Of a stretch of 64,000 nt of DNA, positions 37,866 through 49,144 are shown one piece after another (within the stretch, counting starts at the first letter, position 1; each line of letters starts with the position of its first letter). Made by a program: the position numbers and the translations under genes. Location: NCBI GenBank assembly GCA_051313645.2, contig JBNRSN020000008.1, positions 123,814,001-123,878,000 on the forward strand, written 5' to 3'. The notes below the pieces were generated by a model that ran no database searches, was not told where the DNA came from, and was given only the letters and a program-made list of their open reading frames with translations. The DNA comes from Centroscyllium fabricii. Lineage: Eukaryota.

Positions 37866-38993
37866 CTCTCGTACCATTTTTTATTTTTGATATTAAATCT
37901 AGTAAGTTCCTCCCCTTGATTTAGTTTCAGTTTTCCTCATATCTCTGGTACTTTATCCTATTCCTAGGCTGTGAAGACCTATAAAAAGTAAGTATTTAGC
38001 AAGTCTGCCATTTACAATTTCAATTACAATATCACCTGCGGATGTTTTAAGGGGCTCTCATTATTCTTGGCTACCTTCTTTCTCTTAATATTTGTAAAAA
38101 CCTTTAATGTAATATATTTGTAAAAACCTTTAATGTTGTAATTGATATCCCTCAAGTTTTCTCGTATTCCCTTTTTGCAACTCTAATTACTTTGCTGTTC
38201 TTATCACTCCCAATCTGGAATCTCCAATGTTCTTTGCATTTCTGTAAGCCCTTTCCTTTAGTTTTATACTGTCTCGCATTTCTTTTGTTGACTAGGCTTG
38301 TTTAATTACACATGTTGAGCTCTTGCCCATTAGGGGTATGTACAGGTCTTGTATTGAATCAAATACTACTTTGAACACCTCCCATAGTTCATCTGTATTT
38401 TACCCATTAACAGTTCTGCACAGTCTCCTGTGGTCCATTTCTGCCTATGGAAAGTACTTGCACCAACATTTAACCAACCTGTAGTTGCCACTTGGATATG
38501 GCAGGCTGATATTTGGAGGGCTATAATGTTGGACCATATGGAAAGGGCTTACAGAAATGCAAAGAACATTGGAGATTCCAGATTGGGAGTGATATGAAGA
38601 ACAGCAAAGTAATTAGAGTTGCAAAAAGGGAATACGAGAAAACTTGAGGGATATCAATTACAACATTAAAGGTTTTTACAAATATATTACAACATTAAAG
38701 GTTTTTACAAATATTGAGAAAGAAGGTAGCCAAGAATAATGAGAGCCCCTTAAAACATCCGCAGGTGATATTGTAATTGAAATTGTAAATGGCAGACTTG
38801 CTAAATACTTTTTATAGGTCTTCACAGCCTAGGAATAGGATAAAGTACCAGAGATATGAGGAAAACTGAAACTAAATCAAGGGGAGGAACTTACTAGATT
38901 TAATATCAAAAATAAAAAATGGTACGAGAGACCATATGTTGCCACTTGGATATGGCAGGCTGATATTTGGAGGGCTATAATGTTGGACCATAT
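37866..38993. repeat. 391-bp inverted duplication with a 56-bp direct duplication flanking the second arm
   Basis: Arms at 37866-38256 and 38540-38930. Direct copies at 38484-38539 and 38938-38993. The arm sequence is a CR1 ORF2 remnant. Confidence 0.95.
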
Positions 38994-40520
38994 CTGTATA
39001 TCTATTACTCAGATGCTACATGTACCTGTGACTGGAACTAATTTGCTGTTTGGTACTACGGTCAGAATGTTTCCTCTTTGGTCTTTTGATCTGGTTCTGG
39101 TTCCTTTCTGGGGCAATGACCAACTATTAATTTAAAGTTATATGTGAATTCATGGTATTTGATAAAAATATTACACACAAGAGTCTGGAGTATATTGTAA
39201 TGCAATAACGCAATAAAGGGTTGAGGTGATATAAACTGAGAATCAGGTGACTCCCTAGAAAATCTAGATTAGCCATGTAGTATAATCACTTTCACCAAGT
39301 CCTGTCTGCTGAGAAAGACTTGCAATTTGGCAGGGTGGTAGTTTGCTCAGTTACTGTTGCAGAGCAATCATTTCCTATTCCATCTCCCAGCAGCATTGCT
39401 TTGGTGTAGGTTACTTTGATACATAGAGTGCAAGAAAATGAAGGCGCTTAAATTATTCAGCATTGAGTGTAACGGGTATCATTTAAAATTGAGGTGTAAT
39501 CCATATGCCATATTTCCTCCTTCACAGACATGTTAAATATTTTTGCGTGAGCCCAGTGCATTAAAAAAAATGGGTATAGAGGATGCTAATGCACGAGCAT
39601 GCTCAAACTGGCACTTTCGGAAAGCTCAAGTCCTGTATTATGTTAATACATTTATAGATGTCATCAAAGTAAACTTCATTGTTATTGGTATATTATAGAC
39701 TTGCAGGATCAAATGAACTTTATCCTGAGTACTGTGTATATAAGTTACTTTATCTGAGTTTTTATGTCTTGATAAACTGCATAACATGCAGATTATTTTT
39801 TGTAATTGTACACCTCCCAAACCCAGTTTCCTGAGTGATCTTTTGTACTTGTGAAGTAATTTACATGTTGTTCCTCATTACAGATATCATTGTGCAGTCA
39901 CCCCAGCCTGATCTCTCACTGACCATTTCTTGGCAATAGAAATACGTATGTAAGAAAAGTAGAGAATGAGAAAAGGCCACGTGACCCATCAAAGCGCATC
40001 CCTCTAGTACCCTAGCTCCCATTATAGCATCCAGATGCATTTTGAATACTCCTAATGGTTTTTTGTCTCGACTATCCTATCTGGCTGATTATTCTATATA
40101 TCACACTTTTCAGTAAGTTCTTCCTATTAGCAGTTTTAAATTTACTTCTGACCAATTTAAACATATCCTATTTTCTTTCCTTGCTAAATATGAAGTAATA
40201 TTTTGGTTTTCATTTATCTAAATAAAGCATCATTTGTGTTTCATATATCTGTACTTCAAATGGATCCCCCCAACTACTTTTTTGTTCCTCCAGTCAATGG
40301 AGCTTTAGCTTCTCTAATGGTCTCTCATAGCTCATTTTTACACAGGTCTAGTCTTGTTGCTCTAATCTGCACCTTCTGCAATGCATGTAGCCATTTTGGT
40401 GGAGCCCACAATTAAACATAGTACACGAGTGCATTGTAAAGCCTTTGCAAACCCCAGAAGATAGGTGCTCCATTGTTCTGGTTATAGGTAAAGGGATAGG
40501 GGGTCAAGATGGGAAGATGT

Positions 40521-40781
40521 TGTAGCAGAGCCACTAGGGGGAGACATTCCGATCTCCCCAGGATGTTAGAATCCACATTCCAAAGTTGGTCCCGCCCCTG
40601 TTTCCCCATTGGTTAGTTGGATCAACAGTTCCGGTCCCTGATTGGTCCTGTGGGTTGTCCGTCAAAAGCCCCATGATGCTTTGCGTTGTCGCACCTTTTG
40701 TAACTCCGTCGTTTCTGGATTGAAACCAATAAAGACCTGTTTACGTTTGCTCCGTGGAGTAGGGGACTGCCGTTCCCTGCA
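40521..40781 (+). mobile_element. Solo LTR inserted in a CR1 tail
   Basis: TGTAG...CTGCA termini, 4-bp TSD ATGT and AATAAA at about 40728. Confidence 0.8.
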
Positions 40782-41072
40782 ATGTAATTAGTGGGAGGAG
40801 GCTTTTTTGGAGTATAAACACCGCCAGACCAGTTGGACCAAATGGCTTGTTTCTGTGCTGTAGATTCTATGTAATAATTTTAGAAGCTGGATACGTTGCA
40901 ACTTTTGCAAATTGTCAACTGTTCATTTTAGAGTCCTTTTGCTTTATTACATTAGACTTCAACTAATTTTCCACATTAATTTGATGAAGAATTAGTTTTT
41001 TGTGGTTTACTAACAAACCAAATGCTCATGCCTCTAGGTGAAAAGAACTGGATAAATTATAGGAAACTGCCT

Positions 41073-41887
41073 TTAATTAGTGAATGTTTGTATTCTGCAA
41101 GCAATTGGTGGTAATTTAATTGGAGATTTTGTTGGAGAAAATCGTTCTTTGGATGCCTTAGTTCTTTCAGGCTTCCATTCAATTAGTTTAAGTCAAATTT
41201 CATAAAGTTAACTGAAACTGTTGAAAGTGACTACAAACCAATGCTGCAAGACGATGGCTACATTTAAGTCTGAATCAGGCACAGCGAGAGCCAACTATCA
41301 TTTGGTGGTTCTAAGGTTTGTGCTACCAGTGGATGCAACTGTATGAATAACGTGTCACAAGATTTTGTTGAAAAGCTTAAAAAATTGTTAAATTGAACAC
41401 CAGGAATATTCAAGCACTGTTCCACAGCAACCAGAACTTGCATATAAACTAGAGGTTTCTTTATGAACTTAGTCTCTTTATAAATTAGGATTCAAAAAGG
41501 GTCTGCTTAATACTTCCATACCCATAATATGGGTGGACTGTCGGAGAAGATGGATGTTTCCGTTTCAGGAGGGGGTGGGTGGGGGTTGGTAAATCTCGGT
41601 GCAGTTCACTCTGGCCATTCTAATTTACCTAAAGCAGCTGCTTACAGAGCAGCATAATGTTGAGGCCTGGCCCTCTTTCAGAGTGAGAAATAAAGCTTTA
41701 AAAAAAAATTAAAGGTGGGTGAAATAAAATGTTTCTGTTGTAGCTTAGATTATCGTCTTTATTTAAAATCTTTAGGACCAACTGTTCCAATTGGAATGCA
41801 AATAAAATTTGTGATGTGATAGCCTGAAGGAAAAAATGATGGAAAATAATTTTTCCTCAGTGGAAAAAGAGGATCATTTCCTTCATG
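41073..41887 (+). repeat. About 0.8-kb direct duplication, copy 1 (copy 2 at 58944-59790)
   Basis: Long stretches are identical base for base (e.g. gaaagtgactacaaaccaatgctgcaagac...ggaaaaagaggatca), with a few indels. Confidence 0.95.
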
Positions 41888-41912
41888 GAGTGAGTCTTTA
41901 ATCTGACTAAAG

Positions 41913-44900
41913 CAGGGGTGGGCAATTATTTGGGCTGGTTGGCCACTTAACAAGTTTTGGTGCGCTGTTGAGGGCCACACACCACTGTTCCCCCATAGCG
42001 GCCACGCACCAGTCGCGAGGTCCCACATAGACCGCTCACCAGTTCCTACTGCTGGAAGAGATACTGCGCACGTTGGTGAGGGCAAATTGGTAAATTTGAA
42101 ACTCTGTTGATTATCACACCCACTTCTACCCTCCCAGAAATTTATAAACAAAAGTTCAGATAGTAGTGATGCACAATCAATTACTGCGAGACGAGGAGAA
42201 AAGTAACTCAGGCTTTTATTGACAAGAACGAGTACAGGTCTAGATGATAGCTGGTCCTGGGAATGCCATGCAGTCGACATGGCTGCCACCTTTATACCTG
42301 GGTATGTGGGTGGAGCCAGGAGGAGGGGCCGGCTGAGTCCTCCCAAGTAGACAAGAGGTGACCCTGTCCAATACAATACAGTGAACTATGTACAACAGGC
42401 AAGAGTGAACTATGTACAATACAGATTGGTGGTAAACAGTAATAACGGTTTTCCACATTCACCCCTTGTTTAAGATCAAGTCCGGCGGGGTGAAGCGGTT
42501 CTGCCGGGGGTAGAATACGAAAGTCTGTCTGGTGGTCTGGTCTCTCTCTCCGACCGTCGCGGTGCCGGCGGCCGTGCGGGATCCTCAGTCGCTGTCGGTG
42601 GAGCGGCGATAGTCGGTGGTTGAATGTGCATCGGAGGGTCCCGGGCCTCTGGCGTACCGTCTACAGGGGCTAGAGAAAAACGAGGTAACAAGGGTGCGTC
42701 GAGAGTTACAGGGGGGGGGGGGTGGTCTTGGGCACCCGAGGGTGCGAGGTCTCTGATGGAGACGGTGTCCTTCCGCCCATCAGGGAACGCCACGTAGGCA
42801 TATTAGGGGTTGGCGTGGAGGAGCTGTACCCTGTCGACCAGGGGATCCGTCTTATGGCCCCTCACGTGCCTCCGAAGCAGGATGGGCCCTGGGGACGACA
42901 ACCACGATGGTAGCGAGGTCCCGGAGGTGGACTTCCTGGGGAAGGAAACATCCGCTCGTGAGGGGTAGCGTTGGTCGTGGTGCAGAGCAGCGACCGAATG
43001 GAGTGGAGTGCATCAGGGAGGACCTCCTACCAGCGGGAGGCCCCTAGACCACAGTGCTAGGCTGATGGTCTTCCAGACTGTCCCGCTCAACCTGCCCGTT
43101 GCCCCGGGGTTGTAACTGGTGGTCCTGCTTGTAGCGACTCCCTTCGAGAGCAGGTACTGGCGCAGCTCATCGCTCATGAACGACGACCCCCGGTCACTGT
43201 GGATGAAGTTGGGGAGGCCGAACATGGTGACGATGCAGTGGCCATGTCCAGGCAAGGGATGGCGAAGGGAAAACAGGAGAACTCATCGATGACGGTGAGG
43301 AAGTAAGTGTTTCGGTTACTGGAGGGGAGGGGCCCTTTGAAGTTGGCGCTCAAAGGGGCGGGAGGCCTTGATCAGGTTAGCTCTGTCTAGCCTGTAGAAG
43401 TGCGGTTTGCACTCGGCGCAGGTCGAGCAGTGCCTGGTCACGTCCCGGACGTCCGAAACACAGTAGGGCAGGTTGTGGGACTTAACAAAATGGAAGAGGC
43501 GGGTGACTCCCGGGTGGCAGAGGTCATTGTGGATGGATTGCAATCTATCCACTTGTGCGCTGGCACAGGTTCCGCGTGATAGAGCATCCAGGGGCTCATT
43601 GAGTTTACCGGGCCGGTATAAGATGTCGTAGTTATAGGTGGACAGCTCAATTCTCCACCTCAAGATTTTAGCATTTTTGATTTTACCCCACTGTTTATTA
43701 CTAAACATGAAAGCCACTGACCGTTGGTCCGTGAGCAAGGTAAATCTTCTACCAGCCAGGTAATGTCTCCAGTGCCGCACAGCTTCCACGATGGCCTGGG
43801 CCTCCTTTTCCACCGATGAGTGCCTGATTTCAGGGCCTTGGAGTGTGTGGGAAAAGAAGGCCACCGGTCTCCCCGCCTGGTTGAGGGTGGCAGCCAGGGC
43901 GAAGTCAGGCATCGCTTTCCACCTGGAACGGGGTGGATTCGTCCACAGCGTGCATGGTCGCCCTGGTGATGTGTGACTTAATGGAGTCGAAGGCCGCGCG
44001 AGCCTCGTTCTCCAGGGGGAAGGAGGTGGATTTAATGAGGGGGTGGGCTTTGTCAGCGTACTGGGGGACCCATGGGCATAGTACGAAAAGAATCCCAGGC
44101 ACCTTTTTCAGGGACTTGGTACTGTGGGGGAGGGGGAGCTCCAGGAGGGGTCTCATGCATTCGGGGTCAGGGCCGATGACGCCATTCTCCACGACACAAC
44201 CCAGGATAGCGAGGCGGAACGCGCATTTCTCCTTGTTATAGGTGAGGTTAAGGAGTTGGGCGACCTGGAGGAACCTTGCCAGGTTGGTGTCGTGGTCCTG
44301 GATGTCATGGCCGCAGATGGTGACGTTGTCGAGGTAGGGGAAAGTAGCCAGCAGCCCGTTTTGGTCCACCATCCGGTCCATCTCCCATTGGAAGACCGAC
44401 ACACCGTTGGTGATGTCAAACGGGACCCTGAGGAAGTGGTAAAGACAGCCGTTCGCCTCAAAGGCGGTGAACTGGCGGTCTTCGGGGCGGATGGGGAGCT
44501 AGTGATACGCCGACTTCAGGTCAATCGTAGAGAATACCCGGTACTGCGCGATCTGGTTAACCATGTCTGAGATGCATGGTAGGGGGTATGCGTCCAGTTG
44601 AGTAAAGCGGTTGATTGTTTGGCTGTAGTCGATGACCAGGTGGGGCTTTGCGCCGGTCTTGACTACTACAACCTGAGCTCTCCAAGGGCTGTTGCTGGCC
44701 TCAATAACCCCCTCCTTCAGGAGGCGCTGAACCTCCGACTTGATGAAGAGTCGATCCCCCATAATGTACCTGCTCTTGGTAGCTATGGGCTTGCATCATG
44801 GATCAGGTCGTCCGTGTTGGTCTGGGCCGTTACTTGCCGGCAGTGGCAGGCCCACCCAAGTACCTGCAGCGCTGCAATAAAGTCCGTAACGGACTCGCCG

Positions 44901-46026
44901 GGCTGCTGCTTTCAGCTCAGCAGTTGGTGCCTAGCGTAGGCTTCGTTGGTTGGGGCCGCGAATTGGTCCTTAAGGACTTGCAGGGCACTCACATAGGTGT
45001 TTTCGCCCTCAATCAGCATATAGATGGCTGGGCTTACCCGAGACTGCAGGACTGTCGGCTTCCGGGAGTCCGTGGCGACTGTTTCGCTTGACTCCGCCAA
45101 AAAGGATTCGAAGCACTTGAGCCAGTGCGTGAAAGTCCGTGCTGTGTCCAGCGACTGCGATTCTAACTCCAAACGATCAGGCCTTAATATTTTGTCCATC
45201 ATTGAAAAATCTTGTCAATCAAATTGATGCACAATCAATTACTGCGAGACGAGGAGAAAAGTAACTGAGGCTTTTATTCACAGGAACAGGAATACAGGTC
45301 TAGGTGATAGTTAGTCCTGGGAATGTCATGCGGTCGACATGGCTGCCACCTTTATACCTGGGTATGTGGGTGGAGCAGGAGGAGGGGCCGGCTGAGTCCT
45401 CCCAGGTAGACAAGAGGTGACCCTGTCCAATACAATACAGTGAACTATGTACAAAAGGCAAGAGTGAACTATGTACAATGCAGATTGGTGGTAAACAGTA
45501 ATAACGGTTTACCACAAGTAGGTGTTATCTTAAATACATAAAATATAGTGTAAAATAGAAAAATCTTCTGTTACTAAATGAATGAAATGATCAATCGATT
45601 GATGGATTATATGTTGTCCTGCAAGTCTGGTTGTTTGGCAGAGTGGCTCGAGTCTGCGGGGCCTCTGACACGAGAGGTGTTGTCTTGTTGGTATGCTGAG
45701 TACGGGAGCCCGAGGCTTCGCAAGGCCTGCACTACAATCACGTGCTATTACCTGGAGTCCTTGTGCTCCAGGATCCAACCCATGTATAAAGCGGCGATGA
45801 GAACCCAGCTGCTGTTGTACTCTGGGTACCGGGAGAGGAAAGACCCAGTGCTGGTCTCTTTTCCGGTCTCTTTCTTCAGTAAAAGAGTCATCAAGATGAG
45901 CAACCATGACTCATTTCAGACTAATGTACAGCTCGTGCTCCAACTCGCACTCTATTTCTGTCCCGTCCAGCTAGAATGAACTGGTGGGCCAGATACGGCC
46001 CGTGGGCCTTATTTTGCCCACCACTG
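41913..46026. mobile_element. hAT (Charlie-like) non-autonomous DNA transposon interrupted by a Gypsy element
   Basis: TIRs CAGGGGTGGGCAA/TTGCCCACCACTG (1 mismatch) and GGGCC-rich subterminal motifs. The 8-bp flanks GACTAAAG/GGCTAGAA are degenerate. Confidence 0.7.
42167..45516 (-). mobile_element. Ty3/Gypsy LTR retrotransposon, internally deleted and frameshifted
   Basis: LTRs at 45225-45516 (5') and 42167-42457 (3'), 5-bp TSD AGTAG and a PPT. The Gag N-terminus (45202 down to about 44800) is fused to RT, so the zinc knuckles and protease are lost. RT, RH and IN are in broken ORFs homologous to 12960-15060. Confidence 0.96.
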
Positions 46027-46210
46027 GGCTAGAAGCTCCCCCTCTCTTTACTGAGGAAACTCCCAGAAACGGCAGGGACCCGACGTAACTGGGTCTGCGC
46101 CAGAGTTACACCAGGACACAGGCGGTACCCCCGCGGAATTTATAACACCTTTCACCCAATTGCGCCAATAAACATAAATAGCATTTTTACAACTCGCTGG
46201 AGTGAAATCA

Positions 46211-46417
46211 AGCCAAAGACATGCAGGTTAGGTGAATTGGAGGTATTAAAAAGATTTCCCATGAGTATGTGTGTGAGATATAGTTCTTAGAGTTCGGGGT
46301 GTCGGGGGATATGGGGAGAGGGTAGGAGGGGGGTGCTGGGTTTGGATGATCAGCCATGATCTCATCAAAATGGCGGAGCAGGCTCGAAGGGCCTACTCCT
46401 GCTCCTATCTTCTGTGT
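46211..46417 (+). mobile_element. 5'-truncated HE1-type SINE; further copies at 55049-55290 and 56600-56823 (+)
   Basis: ccaaagacatgcaggttaggt...gatcagccatgatctc...cctactcctgctcctat, matching 21379-21620. Confidence 0.8.
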
Positions 46418-47084
46418 CAAGCCGGGGACTAATTTTGAATTATTCGCTAAAATTCCTTGAGACTAGTTGAGACTAAAAACTCACTAAGATTTAAAAAAAA
46501 GTTCTGAGTAAACAATCTCTCCATCAATTCGATTGTGTCAATTCTGAGTCATGCTGCCAATGGCGTTTTTATATATTTAAAGTATTTATGTTATCATGCA
46601 TTTAAATGGAAAGTTTGCACAGATTTATGGAAACTGAACCCACAAACAGTAACTCACCTTTCACATTGCAGTGACGGAGCAGAAACTGAGGCTTCAGGTG
46701 TGATAATGACACATTGATGCAGCGAATAGCAGATTCGATTTGCCTGCCTCCCTTTTTGGCTATGATTTCCCCGCCTCTGTTTTTGGTTATGATTCCCCTG
46801 CTGCCTCGGAGACAGTGACCCGCCTCCTGCCGTTATGGGGGGTGGGGTCAGGTGCGGCGGACGTTCGGCCTCGAAGCTAGGCTTTAGCGGGCTGGATTGA
46901 ATCCATTGGCAGGCCAGATACAGCCTGTGGGCAATATTTTGCCCGCCACTGGTCTGAAGTCTGTTAAAGAGACAGGTATCGATGATTTCCTGCTGCCCCC
47001 CAAATGTGAGCTGGCCAGATACCCATGCATGTGAAATACACCTGCATTCAAACAATAAATAGAACTCCTAAAGGTTGTTGGTTG

Positions 47085-47770
47085 TTGAATGCTGGTGTTG
47101 AATGCTGAGCTGTAGTCAATAAACAGCATTCTGATATACGTATCTTTGCTATCCAGGTGGTTTAGTGCAGAGTGAAGAGCCGTAGTGATAGCATCTTCCG
47201 TAGATCTATTCCCTCGGTAGGCGAACTGGTATTGGTCCAGGGCGGCGGGGACGCTGGCTTTGATGTGGGCCAGGACCAGCCGCTCGAAACACTTCATGAT
47301 TATGGGTGTAAGTGCGACAGGGCGGTAGTCGTTCAGGCACGTCACGGCTGTTTTCTTGGGCACAGGGATGATGGTGGCGGTTCTGAAGCAGGTAGGGACA
47401 GCTGCCTTCGCCAGTGACAGGTTGAAGATGTCAGTGAAGACTTCAGCCAGTTGGTTGGCACATTCTTTGAGTGCCCGGCTGGGGATGCCATCAGGACCCG
47501 CGGCCTTCCATGCGTTCACTCCACGTAGAGCACCTCTTACGTCGGAGGACAGTGTTAATGGCTAGTCTTCCGGGGATTGCAGGACTTTGGTGGCTGACTC
47601 CCTGTTGTCCCTGTCGAAGCGAGCGTAGAAGTTGTTGAGTTCCTCCGGTAGGGAGGCATCGCTGGTTGGGGGGCTGGTGTTTCTGCACTTGTAGTCCGTG
47701 ATGGACTGTATGCCTTGCCACATACGTCGAGGGTCCGAGTTGTCGTGAAAGTGTTCTTCTATCTTCAGTG
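47085..47770 (-). mobile_element. Rex1/Babar-type LINE RT fragment
   Basis: KAAGPDGIPSRALKECANQL...LNDYRPVALTPIIMKCFERLV...QFAYRGNRSTEDAI...RMLFIDYSSAFNT. Confidence 0.85.
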
Positions 47771-49144
47771 TCACTTCGAAGAGCGTCGCGTGGGAAGCCA
47801 ACGGAAAAACAGCGAGCAGAAAGATTCAGGCCTACAATCAACACCAGGAGACAGCCAATCAGGAGTGGTGATTGTATGTTTCAGTCAAATCATAGAGGGG
47901 GGCTTTTGTGATCGAGTCTGAGTAAATTTCAGTCAGATCACCAAGGGTTTTTGTGATTGAGTCTGGATAACTTTATATGTAACAGTCAAATGGTTTAACT
48001 GTCATAAATTACCCTTGTGTAGGGGTTTGTATTTTGGGGTTGTTAGTCTAATATAAATCATTGGGATTTATACTGGGGAAGTAATTGTGAGAGTCTGTTC
48101 AATAAACGAACGAATTAAAGGTTGAGCCAAAACCCTGTGTCGTGTGTATTTTTTCTTATAAATCCTGACGTCCAAGAACTGTCAGAGAAAACCCCCTACA
48201 CTGGGGAGGGAGTTGGGAGAGAGCAGAGGCCGGACAGTGCAGGATGAACAGAGGAGAGATGGGCAACAGCTGTGGTAGCCAAAAATGGATTGAAATAGCC
48301 AATATCCCATGACATTGCTTATACCTAGTGGTAGGGTACATTGTGGCATGATTATGACATGTGGTGGATAACATCCGAGCCACTGATTTACAGTGACAGA
48401 ATAAAATAAGTCAAATTCTGTTTTTAGTATATCGTATTCTGGGATTTACTGTTTCTTTGGGGATTGAATTCTAGAATTCTGTCCTTTTTGTTCTGTAAAT
48501 GAGTGAGTGCACACCAAAATGGAATGCAAGGTGTACCAGTTGGAAATACGTACATGGCATTTGGCAGTATTGGGGGATGGGCTATCTGCATTGGGAAATA
48601 GTTCTGGGGTTTGAACTGGGTTGGGGGCCCGGGGAGCTTGGCAGTACTGTGGTGGGAATGTTAGGGTGTGGCAGCATAAGATGGATCCTTTGATTCGGCA
48701 TCACTGTGGAGGAGCAAATGGGGGTTGGCAGAACAAGGGGTGGAATGTGAGGTTTGGCTCATTGAGTTTCTAGTGTTGGTCAGCAATGGGGAAAACAAAG
48801 GTCTGATTGCATGGGGCCGAGGTCCTGGTCTGAGTACTGGTTTGCATTTTTCTAAGACATCACTGAAAACATTGAATTCAGTGTTTTGTAATTAGCTTTG
48901 TGATTGGTTCTGAATATGTATCTCTGTTTCTCTTGCTCTCTCACTGACAGCTGTTGTTAATTGAATGGTTACATTTTCTCTCTCTAAACAAAATCATGAT
49001 AATCAGCATCTTTCTGGTTGCCCGAGAAGCTTCCAAAATTAATTTCCTTATTTGAAAGAAAAAAGAACTTTTAAATAAATACTCCAATAGAAACAAAGTT
49101 TACAGGTGTATAATCAGTGCATGGTCATATTTTAAATGGATTTA

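Noticed and set aside
45578-45979. 133-aa ORF as a host gene
   Set aside because: It lies inside the hAT-like element. It may be a decayed transposase C-terminus, but no motif was clear enough to call.
47775-48200. Possible partial LTR (AATAAA near 48101, ends ...CCCTACA)
   Set aside because: No left TG terminus or TSD could be identified.
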